The notes beneath the pieces were generated by a model that did no database searches, was not told the origin of the DNA, and was given only the letters and a program-made list of their open reading frames with translations. A stretch of 64,000 nt of DNA. Origin: Mustelus asterias. Taxonomy: Eukaryota. Shown in pieces: positions 51,101-63,528 of the stretch. Position 1 is the first letter of the stretch; every line of letters begins with the position of its first letter. The DNA lies in the NCBI RefSeq assembly GCF_964213995.1, contig NC_135823.1, forward strand, positions 1,240,001-1,304,000, read 5' to 3'. Position numbers and translations under genes: made by a program.

Positions 51101-52090
51101 GCTTCCGCCTACTCTGACGAATTATTTAATAACTTTAATGTTTGCATTGTCTCCTCCTCCCACAGCTTTAGCCTTGTCTTTCCTGGAGGGCAGAAGGCTG
51201 GCTATTCAATGCTTGCTTTGGTTGTTACCACCGTCGAACTGGATCCGCCCATGTTCTGACCCTGGCAATCCTTTGTGCCTGGTGTTCATCAAAACGCGTT
51301 TTCAGATAATCGGGATCACACAGGTATCTAAACAGGCGCGGAATGCCTTTAAATTAGGTTCATTTGACGAATAGTCCCGGAATAAATTTTGAGGAAATGT
51401 TTCCGACAAAATGCATAGACGTTATTCATACTTATTTTCCCTGAGGGGTTACATATACCAGGGAACAGCTTAAGAGTGTTTTCATTGTCTGGAAAACCCA
51501 GAGTCCAGCCACAAATTCCGACGAAACTCTCATTACCAATCAGAAGCGAGATTAACTGTATCACTCGAGGGGCATTAAGTGCTTCCTGTTAACTAGCCTC
51601 AGTTTGGAATGTCGATTCAGTTGCACCGCAGAACACGTTGGAGTCACTCCAACCATTGAGAATTATGCAGCGGATAGGCACTGTGGGTTAAGTAGGACAG
51701 ACACAGCTGATGAATCGAGAAAGTTGGACAAATGGGAGCAAATCACTGACTGTTGATTATGCGGATGTCAATATTTTAAACAGTGGACGATGAAATAAGC
51801 AAAATATACCATATAGAATGGGCAAGGATGATTCAGGTGCATAGAATATGCTTGTATTCCCCAGAGTTTAGAAGATTAAAGGGCGATCTGATTTTCCTGA
51901 AGTAGTGGAATACTATATCAGGATGGTCTGAGAGTAACTATTTCCTGTGGGAGTGGTGTGAAAACACAGAGCGGAAACGCTAAAATGTTTGTGAAGTTTG
52001 CTGAGACCCCAAGTTCTACATTTGATTTTGGCGTTTTCGTGACCATAATGTGTTTCACTCTGAGTATGACACAAGTAACACACTCAGACG
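47110..52090. repeat. Segmental duplication, right (inverted) copy of ~10330-15060
   Basis: See left copy. Lacks the 10371 SINE (empty site ~52056) and carries its own insertion at 49862-50245. Confidence 0.9.
49862..50245 (-). mobile_element. Rex/Babar-like LINE 3' fragment
   Basis: KAARIINDPTH..FHLLPSGKIYKSLRSRPNRLKNSF C-terminus and ATCAA tail repeats; similar + strand copy at 58810-59220. Confidence 0.7.
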
Positions 52091-53299
52091 CTTTTATTAA
52101 AAAAAGTTTATTTGAGAAGAAAGCTAAAATATAACAACATTAGCTTAGCGTTTATCAATTGCAAGACCTAAACATGGCACAGTATAATTATTAACAGCTC
52201 ACTATCTCTGCTGTTCCAATTTAAAGTAATATCCCATAGACATATTCCCCTCTTCTGAATTATTTAACTCAAAAACAAGTTTACTCACACGATACTAGAC
52301 TTTCAGCCTTGAACATCGATCGACTGAAATCCAAGCAGCCGTTTTCCGAGAAATGTATATCCTCAAGACAGCAAAACAATAACGGAAATCTAGTCTCCGG
52401 CAGCTTCGAGAGTTCAGACCTGAAGGACAGAACAGGAGACCTCTCTCTCTCTCTCTCTCTCTCCCTCTATTTCTCTCTCTCTCGGATAACACCGATCAAG
52501 ATCCACTCTGCAATCCAAGGTATGGAAGAGAGTGAGAGAGAGACAGAGAGACTTCAGTATTAAAGTGTTGGAGTCTCTAATATTCGCCAAACAGTACTGC
52601 AAGGCTGAAGCAAAAGCAAATAGAAGATTAGCATCTTGTGAACAATTCATTCCAAAAACTATTAGATTGTGTGTGGCCTCACTTAGACCACACTGATTGA
52701 ATTTATTTGATTTATGGATTGATATACAGTGAAAAGTATTGTTTCTTGCATGCTATACAGACAAAGCATACCGTTCATAGAGAAGGAAATGAGTGAGTGC
52801 AGAATGTAGTGTTACAGTCATAGCTCTGATGTGCACAGACAAATGATGTAGCAGGGGACGCGATGGCCGAGTGGTATTGACTAGAATCCAGAAACTCAGC
52901 TAATGTTCTGGGGACCCAGGTTCGAATCCCGCCACGGCAATCCAAGGGGAGCATTCAAAAAAGAGATCACTGCATTAATTCAGCTTTAAACAAATACGCT
53001 GTTCTGGCCTCACTCCAGAATTAGACCCTTAAAAGCTCTGTCCTTCTCGTCTAACATCCCATCTCCCAAATCCCTTTCCACATCAAGGTCCTCCAATATG
53101 CTGTAAGATTTCAATTCCACGCTCAACTTTACACAATTCCATTTCTACCTCCCACCAATCAGTTGCCCTCACAGGCCACAGTTCATTTCAGAGCCACAAA
53201 TGTTAATTGTGATAGTGACTGCGATAACATCTCCATCCACATCTTTCTCCCCATGGAGCCAGCAACAAAGGTGACAATACTGCCCTTCTCCAACACTTA

Positions 53300-54470
53300 G
53301 TCATAGAGCCATAGAGGAGTACGGCATGGAAACAGGCCCTTCGGCCCAAATTGTCCAACCCGCCCTTTTTCTTTTAAACCCCTAAACTAGTCCCAATTGA
53401 CCGCTATTGGCCCATTTCCCTCTAAACCCATCATACCCATGTAAATATCTAAATTATGTTTAAAAGACAAAATTGTACCCGCCTCTACTGCTTCCTCTGA
53501 TAGCTTGTTCCAGACACTCACCGCTCTCTGTGGGAAGAAATTGCCCCTCTGGACACTTTTGTATCTCTCCCCTCTCACCTTAAACCCATGCCCTCTAGTT
53601 TTCGACTCCCCTATCTTTGGGAAAAGATATTGACTATCTAGCTGATCTGTGCCCCTCATTATTTGATAGACCACTATAAGATCACCTCTCAGCCTCCGAA
53701 GCCCCAGAGAAAAAAGTCCCAGTCTGTCCAGCCTTTCCTTATAACTCAATCCATCAAGTCCCGGTAGCATTTTTGTAAATCTTTTCTGCACTCTTTCTCG
53801 TTTAATGATAGCCTTTATATAATAGGGTGACCAGAATTACCCACAGTATTCCAAGTGTGGTCTTACCAATGTCTTGTACAAATTCAACAAAACGTCCCAA
53901 CTCCTGTATTCAATGTTCTGATCGATGAAACCAAGCATGCCTAATGCCTTCTTCACCACTCTGTCCACCTGTAACTCCACATTCAAGGAGGTATGAACAT
54001 GTACCCCGAGATCTCTTTGTTCTGTAACTCTCCCCAACACCCTACCATTAAATGAGTAAGCCGTGCCCTGGTTCAACCTACCAAAATGTATCACCTCGCA
54101 TTTGTTTAAATTAAACTCCATCTGCCATTCGTCTGCCCACTCGCCCAATTGATCAAAATCCTGTTGCAATCGGAGATAACTTTCTTCACTGTCCACTATG
54201 CCACCAATCTTGGTGTCATCTGCAAACTTACGAACCATGCCTCCTATATTCTCATCCAAATCATTAATATAAATGACAAACATCAATGAACCAAGCACTG
54301 ATCCCTGAGGCACAGCACTGGTCGCAGGCCTCCAGTTTGAAAACCAACTCTCAACAACCACCCTCTGGTTTCTGTCAAGAAGCCAATTTTGTATCCATAT
54401 AGATACCTCACCCTGGATCCCGTGAATTTTAACCTTATGCAACAACCTATCATGTGGTACCTTGTCCAAC
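53300..54470 (-). mobile_element. CR1-type LINE 3' part
   Basis: ORFs 53837-54475 and 53387-53791; closely related to 18380-19800. Confidence 0.92.
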
Positions 54471-55739
54471 TTCATGGAACTGACGTTGGCAGGATTCGAT
54501 TCTCAACTATTCAGTCATAACCCGCACTCGACAGCAACCATCCCTGTGTCTGCACTGTTAACTCTAGAGTCCAGATCAATCAAAGTTTGTTCCCACTTCT
54601 AATTGTCACCTGCAGGCTCAATAGCGATGAATTATGATCCGTTCCAAACTCCTCCAGTACTGAGGCCTTCCGTTCCAGCATGCAACAAGACATGGACAAC
54701 GTAAAGTATTGGTCAGGTGGGCAGAGCAGCCCCGCTTGATTGTTACACATACAATAAACATTCACTCCCTCTTCCATCAGTGCACAGTGGCAGCCGTGTA
54801 TACCATTTACAAGATGCACTGCAGCAACGTTCCCCACTAACAACAATTTTCACATCTCTACTACCCTTGTCTTTCGATTAACAAGAAGGACAAGGACAGC
54901 AGGCGTGAGGGAACACCAGTACTTGGAGAATTCTCTCCAAGTCTCACACTATTCTTATTGGTTAATATATCACCCTTTCATCACTGTCGCTGGGAGACAA
55001 TTTCTGTACTCCTCCCTAACAGTACAGTGGCTCTATATACACAGAGGGACATCAGCAGCTCAAAGATGCAGCTCTGTACTACCATCTCAAGAGGCAATAG
55101 AATGAGACTCTCACGCCATCCGTTCCTGTAGTGAAAGCAGTGAGAAAATAGAGTTTGTAATGAAATGGTGTTTGAGTTAGAATAATCCAATTGGCCGTTT
55201 CATGCGGAATACAAGATCACGAGATATTTGTTGATGATTGAGTTTTTAATTATAACTACCCTGTATTGTACAGCAGTCTACAATGTGATCTCTGTAAGAG
55301 TCAGACCACAAACTACAGCTTGAAGACCTTCCCGACCAAGAGCAGTTACTGGAAGATAAGATTCAGAAACTCATTGGGAGAAGGAGGAATTATACACCCG
55401 GGACATGACTCAGGTTATAAGAGCCTTCCTTTCATTTGGGATTTAAAGGGGTTGGAAAACGGACATACATTTCTTAAAGAACTCAGTCTCATAAAGTCAT
55501 AGAGGTCAATAGCACAGGTAAAGCTCTTCACCCCATCGTGTCTGCACTGGACAAAGACAAATCACCTAACTAATCTATTACCATATGCAGCACTTAGTCC
55601 ATAGTCTTGTAAGCTTTGATATCGCAAGTGGACATCAATGTACTTCTTAAACGTTATAAGCATCTCTTCCTCCACCAACCATTCGGGCAGTGAGCTCCAG
55701 ATTCGCAAACAACCTTTGTTTCAGGAGGCAGTCACATTA

Positions 55740-58710
55740 CTAGATTAAAGGGATCAGTGTTGCAATGAGAAATGACACAGGAACGGGAGATCAAAATGTG
55801 CAATTAGTCTGCGTATCATTAAGAAATAGCAAAGGGAATAATTACTTGGTTGGAGTCATCTATTGGTCCCCAAGCAGTCGTTCTGCAGTGTAGCACAGTA
55901 TAAACTGGGAGATACTGCATGCTTGAAAGACAGGTATGGGAATAATCATGGGTGATTTTAATATGCACATAGATCGGAAAAATCAAATTGGCAAGGGTAG
56001 CATGGAGGCAGAGTTTATTGAATGTATTCGAAATTGTTTCTTGGAACAGTAGTCCCGAGGGGACTACTCACACAGAGGATGGTGAGTGTCCAGAACAAGC
56101 TGCCAGAGGTCGTAGTAGAGGCGGGTACAATTATAACTTTCAAAAAAGCTTTTAGGCAGTTACATGGATAAGATGGTTGTCGAGGGATATGGGCCAAATG
56201 CGGGCAATTGAGATAGCTTAGGAGTTTTCAAAAAAAGGGCGGCATGGTCAAGTTCGGTCGAAGGGCCTGTTTCCATGCAGTAAACCTCTATGACTCTTTC
56301 GCAGTATGTTGCGGAAAGAACCCGGGAGCAGGCTAATCTGGATTTGCTATCATGCAATGTGAAGGGAATAATTGATGACCTCATAGTTATGGATCCTCGA
56401 GGGAGTAGTGAACATGGAATGATAGAATTCACGGCACGGTAGCACAGTGGTTAGCACTGCTGCTGCACAGCTCCAGGGTCCCGGGTTCGATTCCCGGCTC
56501 GGGTCACTGTCTGTGTGGAGTTTGCACATTCTCCTCGTGTCTGCGTGGGTTTCCTCCGGGTGCTCCGGTTTCCTCCCACAGTCCAAAGATGTGCGGGTTA
56601 GGTTGATTGGCCAGGTTAGAAAATTGCCCCTTAGAGTCCTGGGATGTGTAGGTTAAAGGGATTAGCGGGTAAAATATGTGGGGGTGGGGCCTGGGTGGGA
56701 TTGTGGTCGGTGCAGACTCGATGGGCCGAATGGCCTCCTTCTGCACTGTAGGGTTTCTATGATTTCTATGAAAATTCAGTTTGGGGTGAAAAAGTGGAGT
56801 CCCACACTAGCGTTCTCGAATTAAACAAATGAAACACCATCGGCATGAGGACAGATTTGGCCTGAGTAGAGTGGGCAGGAAGAGTAAAATGGGGGGCACT
56901 GGATGAGCCGTGGCAGTTGTTTAAGAAGATACTCAATTCCTCAAAATAAAATATATCCCAGTGACGAAGAAAGACCGTAAGGGGGAGAAAAAATATCCAT
57001 GGCGAAGCAAGGAGGTCAAAGACAATATAAAGACAACAACGCAGTTATATCACATTTCAAAGGTCATTGACAGGCTGCAAGATTGGGAAACTTTTGAACA
57101 TAAACAAAGGGATACTTTAAAAAGTAATAAAAAGAGTTGAGGTAAATTACGAAAGAAAACGAGTGCAAAATATTTTTTAAAGGATAGCAAAAACTTCTAT
57201 CAGTATATAAGAGGGAAGAGAGTCGCTAAGGTACATGTTGGTCCCTTGGAAGATCAAACCAGAGTTTATAGTGGTAAAACCTGAAATGGCAGAGATGCTA
57301 AATCAATACATTGCCTCAGTTTTCACTGTGGAGGACATTCGCACTATTCCTATATCAACTGGCAATTCAGAGCTAATGGAAAGGGTAAAGTTTCGAACAA
57401 TTAACATCGATAGGGAAAAGATACTCAGAAAATTGAAGGGATTGAAGGCAGAGAAGCCTTGATGCATTACATCCAAGAGTATTAAAGGGAGTGGCGGCGG
57501 AGATAGTTGATACATTGGTTAAAATATTCCAAATTCCCTGGACGTGGGAAAGTTTCCAGTGGCCTGGAAAAATGCTAATGTAATGCCCTTATTCAAAAGG
57601 GGAGGGAGGCAAAATGTGGGAAATTACAGGCCAGTTAGTTTAACACCTGTTGTTGGGAAAGTGTTCGAATCAGTTTTCAAGGAAGCAACATCAGGACATT
57701 TGGAAACTCAAAACGCTATCCATAAGAGTCAGCATGGTTTTATGAAGGGCAGATCATGTTGGAGTAATTTGCGAGAGTTCTTCGAAGATGCAGCAAGCAA
57801 AGTGGATAATGGGGGATCATGCAGATGTAGTATAACTTGACTCCTGGAAGGCATTTGATGAAATGCCACACAAAAGGTTAATTCACAAGGTTAGATCACA
57901 TAGGATTACTGGTAATTTATTATCTTGGAGAGGCGACTGGCTGTTGGACAGAAGTCGGGTTAATTGATTTTTGGTACTGGATAGCAAAAAGTAACCAGTA
58001 GTGTGCCATAGCGTTTGGTCCTTGAACCCCTAGGTATTTATTATCTCTGCTGACGACTTGGATACAGGGATAGAATGCTCTATAGCCGAAAATGCAGATG
58101 ACAAAAAATAGGCGGGACAGGAAGTTGCAATGAGGAAATAAGAAACCTATAAATTGATATAGACAGCTAAGGTGAGTGGGGCAATAGGTGGCAGATGGAG
58201 TTCAATGTGGTTTAGTGTGAGATCACGCATTTCGGTCGGAAAAAATGGAAAGGCGACTTATCATCTAAATGGGTCGACACTTCGGTGGGCTCTGGTACAG
58301 AGGGATCTGGATATCCTCGTTCATGAGTCACAGAAAACTAGCATGCAGGTACAGCAGATAATAATGACAGCAAATGGAAAGTTCCCGTCTATAACTAAAA
58401 CAATAAGATATAAAGGTAAGGAAGTGCTGTTGCAACTATACAAGGCACTGTAGAGACTGCACCTGGAATATTGTGCACAGTTTTCGTCCCCTTATTTGAG
58501 GAAAGATGTAGTGGCTTTGGAGGCAGGTCACAAGATTTTCACGAGATTGATTCCAGAGTTGATGGGTTTGTCGTACAAAGAGAGACTGAACAGTTTAGGC
58601 CTGTAGTTTCTGGAATTTGGAAGAATGAGGGGAGTTCAAATTGAGATAGACAAGAAGATAAAAGTATGGATAAAATAGACATGGAGCAAATGCATCCTCT
58701 TTTGAGCATT
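55740..58710 (+). mobile_element. Old CR1-type LINE with nested CR1 tail (56068-56297) and SINE
   Basis: IIMGDFN, NYRPVSLTPVVGK, QHGFMKGRSC remnants. Confidence 0.82.
56432..56770 (+). mobile_element. HE1-like SINE
   Basis: Full head, core and tail. Confidence 0.92.
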
Positions 58711-59865
58711 CTAAGGTGTTCAAATAATTTCCCTAAATCCCATTTCCTGTGCTTTGCCGTGAATGGCACGTGGGACTCAATGTACATTCGATAGAGAATC
58801 GAACTGCCATCAGTTGTGAACGGACCTCAGTCCATCCGACATACCAACCTCCCATCCATTGACTCCGCCTACACTTGCCGCTGTTTCGGAAAAACAGCAG
58901 GCGTAATCAATGACCAAACTCAACCTTTATTTGCTCTCTTTTACCATCTTACAGCGGGAAGAAGACACAAAAATCTGCGAACATGTACCAACCAACTCAA
59001 GGACATATACTTCCCTGCTGCCATCGGAAATTAGAAGGGTCCTATCACACAGTCAGCTGATGTTTTTCCTCACCCTTTCAGTAACTGCAACATTATATTC
59101 TGCACCCTCTCCTTTCCTTCTCTCTTACGTACTCTATGAATGGTATGCTTTGTCTGTATAATGGGCCAGAAACAATAGTTGCACTGTATCCCAATGTATG
59201 TAACAATGATAAATCACATCATTCCATCGCTTTTATTTGGCTTCCTACTACAAGAAAGTGTATGCACTGAGATCTGGGGCCAGAAATTCCACACACTGTT
59301 GGTGTTTTTAAAAGAATAATTCAAAACATGTCTTAAAAATGATACAACAATTACACACAGAAGATTATATTTACACCATTAGCATTCGTTTGCAGAACAT
59401 TTTTCAACAAAGATTCTTACCTAGTTGGACTCATAAATAAACACGCCTTTAGGGTACAGTTCGTATAGATACTTAATCTATGAAATAAATCCAGTAATAT
59501 TACCACAAGCCATCCATTCTTTATGTAGGGAACTGACGCCCCAGGGATTCTCACTCTCACTCGTCAAGGAAAATTCCAAACGTTTTGAAATCAATCAGTC
59601 CTTTCTAAAATTATTATTGTTGGTATTACTCATAGAAACCCATTATCTTAACACAGTTTAGTTGTTTGTTGAGAGTCTTCGATGCTTTAGGTTGAACGTT
59701 TAGTTACTGTCTTTGACTGCTGTGGACCCCTCTGGAAATCTGAGATAATCCACTTGACTTCTCGCCTCCTTCTTGCCTTCTTATCGGTCTTTGTTCAATG
59801 CACAAAAATGCTTTAAGTGTCTGGTTGTGCACCTCAACTGAACTAGGGAAATAGATTAAACGAAA

Positions 59866-59879
59866 TATATATATATATG

Positions 59880-59918
<39 letters not shown>
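59866..59918. repeat. (TA)n(TG)n microsatellite
   Basis: Direct reading. Confidence 0.95.
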
Positions 59919-59919
<1 letters not shown>

Positions 59920-60954
59920 AAAATCAGTCTCATATCAGTTAATTCGTTCTGTTTAGAACATGGGTTTCCTCCAGATGCTCCGCTTTCCTCTTTCAGTCCA
60001 AATATGTGCGTGTTAGATTGATTGACCATGCTAAATTTCCCCTCAGCGTTCCGGGATACGTAGGTTCGAGGGATTAGCAGGGTACATAATGTGGGGTTAC
60101 GGGGATAGGGCCTGCGTGGATTGTTGCCGGTGCAGACTTGATGGGCAGAATGGCCTCCTTCTGCACTATAGGGATTATATTCTATTCTATTGGTCTAGCG
60201 ATAATACCACTAGGTTTTCGCCTGGCCTTCTATGATGTAAATAGATTTGTAGAATGAAGTACTGATAGAACAGGTTCTGACATCACCGGGAACTGAGCGC
60301 TTGATCTGTTCTGCATAAGTGCATGACCTCGAGCGAAAATGATTCCAGTCAGTCGAACCTGCAAAAGAGGATTTGTCGTGGCAGCAAAGAGGCACAGTGG
60401 CTCTGGCCACGGCTGTTAGCTTTTACCCACACAAGGACGCTTCGCATGTTCTGCGGTGTGCAGAGGACATCGAGGGGCGGAAAACGTTCGCCAAGATTCT
60501 ATCCACTTTACGCCGCTGATGGAAAATTATTCGAGCCAAAAGGTCTCAGTGGTTTGCTTGTTTTCACAGTTGAGACGCTGCATGCAAAAAACTGCTTGCC
60601 GAGGTCACACTTTGGCGCTACTTTTGAAACCGCAAGCATAGCCGGTCTGCCGCTCAGCTTTGATACAATGAACAAAGACCAGGCTATTGTATGTATGACC
60701 TCATTTACAGTCTCCTCATAAATGCGACACTAGGTCCCTGTCAATCGTCAACGCCCAGTTTGGAAGAAAAGTTACAGATACAAAGCTTCACTCACAAACG
60801 ATGCATTCCCTTAATCGGTGACAGTGTACGGTCTCTACATACAGGGAACATTGAAACAACTCACTAAGGCTGCCACTGCGCATTTCAAATATATCCACCC
60901 ACAATCCATCCAAAATTTTCCAGTTTCTGTGTAAGCAGGTTGTGTCAGCAACGA

Positions 60955-63015
60955 GTGATTATAGTTTGAGGATATGGGATAAATCTTTTCGGACTGAACT
61001 GAGGTGAAATTTCCTCACCCAGAGAGTGTTGAATGTTTGCAATTGACTGCCACAGAAAGTGGTTGAGCCCAAAACGTTCTGTGATACCAAAAGTAAACCT
61101 GGAGTATTGTGTACAGTTTTGGTGCTCTTATCTCAGGAAGGATGTCCTTGCTATAAAGGGACTACAGCAAAGGTTTACCAGGCTGATTCCTGGTATGACA
61201 GGCCTGTCCTATGAGGAGACATTAAGCCGGTTAGGATTGTATTCTTTGCAGTTTAGAAGAGTGAGAGGGGATCTCGTAGAAGTTATAAAATTCTAATAGG
61301 ATCAGACGGTATCGAAACAGAAAGAATGTTCCCAACGGTGGGTGTAGTGGAAAACTCGGGGTCATAGTTTGAGGATAAGGGTAAATCTTTTCGGACTGAG
61401 GTGAGGAGAAATTTCTTCCCCCAGAGGGTGGTGAATGTGTGGAATTAACTCCCATAGAAATCAGTTGAGGACAAAACGTTATGTAATTTCAAGAATAAAT
61501 TATATATAGCTCTTGGGGCGAAAGGGATTGAGGGATATGGGGAGAAGGGGGAAAATCAGGATATTGAATTTGATGATCAGCCATGATCAGAATTAATGGC
61601 GGAGCAGTTTCAAAGGGCCGAGTGGCCTCTTCCTGCTAATATTTCCGATGTTTCTGTGGCAAAAATTGTAAAAATAAAACATTCGTTTCAGAATGTCATC
61701 GAGAGTACCTTTACATTCAATCTATTTTCCTGTCATTCACCTTGCAAATCCACACCTTAATCGACCAGAAGGACAAAGGCAGCAGACGCATGGGGACACC
61801 ATCGCCATCACACTCTCCAGTAACAGACAATCTGTTGGAAATATATTGCCGTTCCTTCGCTACGGCGGGTCAAAATGTTAGATCTCGCGTCATATTTAGC
61901 GCTGTTGGTTAGCAAATGGACTGCCACAGAGAAGGTGCAGAAGTTGTTTTCTTTGCAGCGGCGGAGGCTCAGGGGAGACCTGATAGCAGTCTATAGAATT
62001 ATGACAATCCTCGATAGGGTTGACAGTAGAATTATTTTTCTTCCCCAGAGATGAAATGTCAAATATCAAGGGGCTTGAACTTAAGGTGATAGGGGGAAAG
62101 TTCAAAGATGTGAGGGACAAATGTTTTGCATAGAGAGTGGTCGGTGTCTGGACCGCCCTGTCTGGGATGGTGGTGGAGGCAGATAAGATAGGCGCATTTC
62201 AGGGGCTTTTTGCTGAGCACATGAATATGCAAGGACTGGAGGGATATGGCCAGGGCCAGGCAGAAGGGATTAGTTTCATTCGGTGACAAGTTCGGCAAAA
62301 TATCGAGGGCCGAAGGGCCTGTTCCAGTGCTGTATGTTCAATGTTCTCTGCTGTTTGTTCGAAGAAGGCAACTCACCACCACTGATCAACCGGCCCATTG
62401 AGATAGTTAATGTATGCGGGCCCAGCCAAACGACCATAAGATAAAGGAACAGAATTAGGCCATTCGACCCTTGAGGTGCTCTGCCATTCGATCATGGCAG
62501 ATATGTTTCTCAGCCCCAGCCTCCCATCTTTACCCCATAACCTTTTATTACCTTACCAATCAAAAATCTATCTATTTCTGTCTCAAATACATTAAATGAC
62601 TTGCCCTCCACAGCCTTCTGGATCAATGAATTCCACAGATTCGTCACCCTCTGGCTGAAGAAATTCTCCCTTATCTCGCTTCTAAAGGGTCACCACTTTA
62701 CTCTAAGTCTGTGCCCCTGGAGCCTGCTGCCGCACAGCACCATGGACCCGGGTTCAATTCCGGCCTTGGGTGACTGCGTGGAGTTTGCACATTCTCGCTG
62801 TGCATACATGGGTTTGCTACGGGTGCTCCAGTTTCCTCCCACACTCCAAAGATGTATCCGTTAGTTCGACTGGCCATGCTAACTTGCCCCTTATTGTCAG
62901 GGGGCGAGCAGTTTAAGGTGGCAATGCGGGGATATGGCTTGGGTGGGATTGTTGTCAGTGCAGGCTCCGTGGGCTGAATGGCCCCCTTCTGCACAGTAGG
63001 GATTCTATTGTATTC
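60955..63015. mobile_element. Cluster of CR1 3' fragments (both strands) and an HE1-like SINE (62722-63015)
   Basis: LEYCVQFW..QQRFTRLIPG, CR1 tails and SINE core. Confidence 0.78.
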
Positions 63016-63321
63016 TGTTCAATTCTGAACATCTTCCCCACGTCGCTCTATCCTGGCTTTTCACTGTTCTGTAAGTTTCAATGAGATCCCCTTGGCCATC
63101 CTTCTGAATAAAGCCCCGCAGGGCATACCCTGAAAATAAATTAAACTTTTACTTACATATTCAGCACATATCCGCACATTGATTAACTTGTGATCCCCTC
63201 GGAAAGACAAACCAATTAAGCTCCGCATGGATATTCTTTCCCTTGACCCCTGTGACACGTATGCGGCGACCACAGTGCGTCAAATGCATGTGGCATTCAG
63301 CAGGAAACTGGCCCCTGCATT

Positions 63322-63360
63322 GTGTCATACATTCCATTGCGCCCCTTGTCATAGTTTCCA
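63322..63360 (+). promoter_or_regulatory. Tandem NFAT:AP-1-like composite motifs upstream of gene C
   Basis: GTGTCATACATTCCA and TTGTCATAGTTTCCA (reverse complements TGGAATGTATGACAC and TGGAAACTATGACAA), 24 bp apart as in gene B. Nearby ACCACA (RUNX-like, ~63269) and CAGGAAA (ETS-like, 63301). Confidence 0.6.
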
Positions 63361-63473
63361 CGCATCATGAGGTGCAACAATTAACTCGGACTGAACCCAG
63401 TTCAGTCGCCGACCACTCACCAAAAACAAACTGTTGCGAGTGGAAACAAGGAGATATTGCTCACCTCCGCAAA

Positions 63474-63528
63474 ATGCGCCAGCAATCTTTATCCCTGATA
63501 ATTATTCTCCAACTGTTGTGGGCTTATG
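63474..63528 (+). CDS. Gene C exon 1: intact signal peptide of a B-type paralogue continuing beyond the window (MRQQSLSLIIILQLLWAY)
   Basis: AAAATG start, 55 nt like the gene B leader, aligns with it residue for residue, donor G|GTGAGT. Confidence 0.82.
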
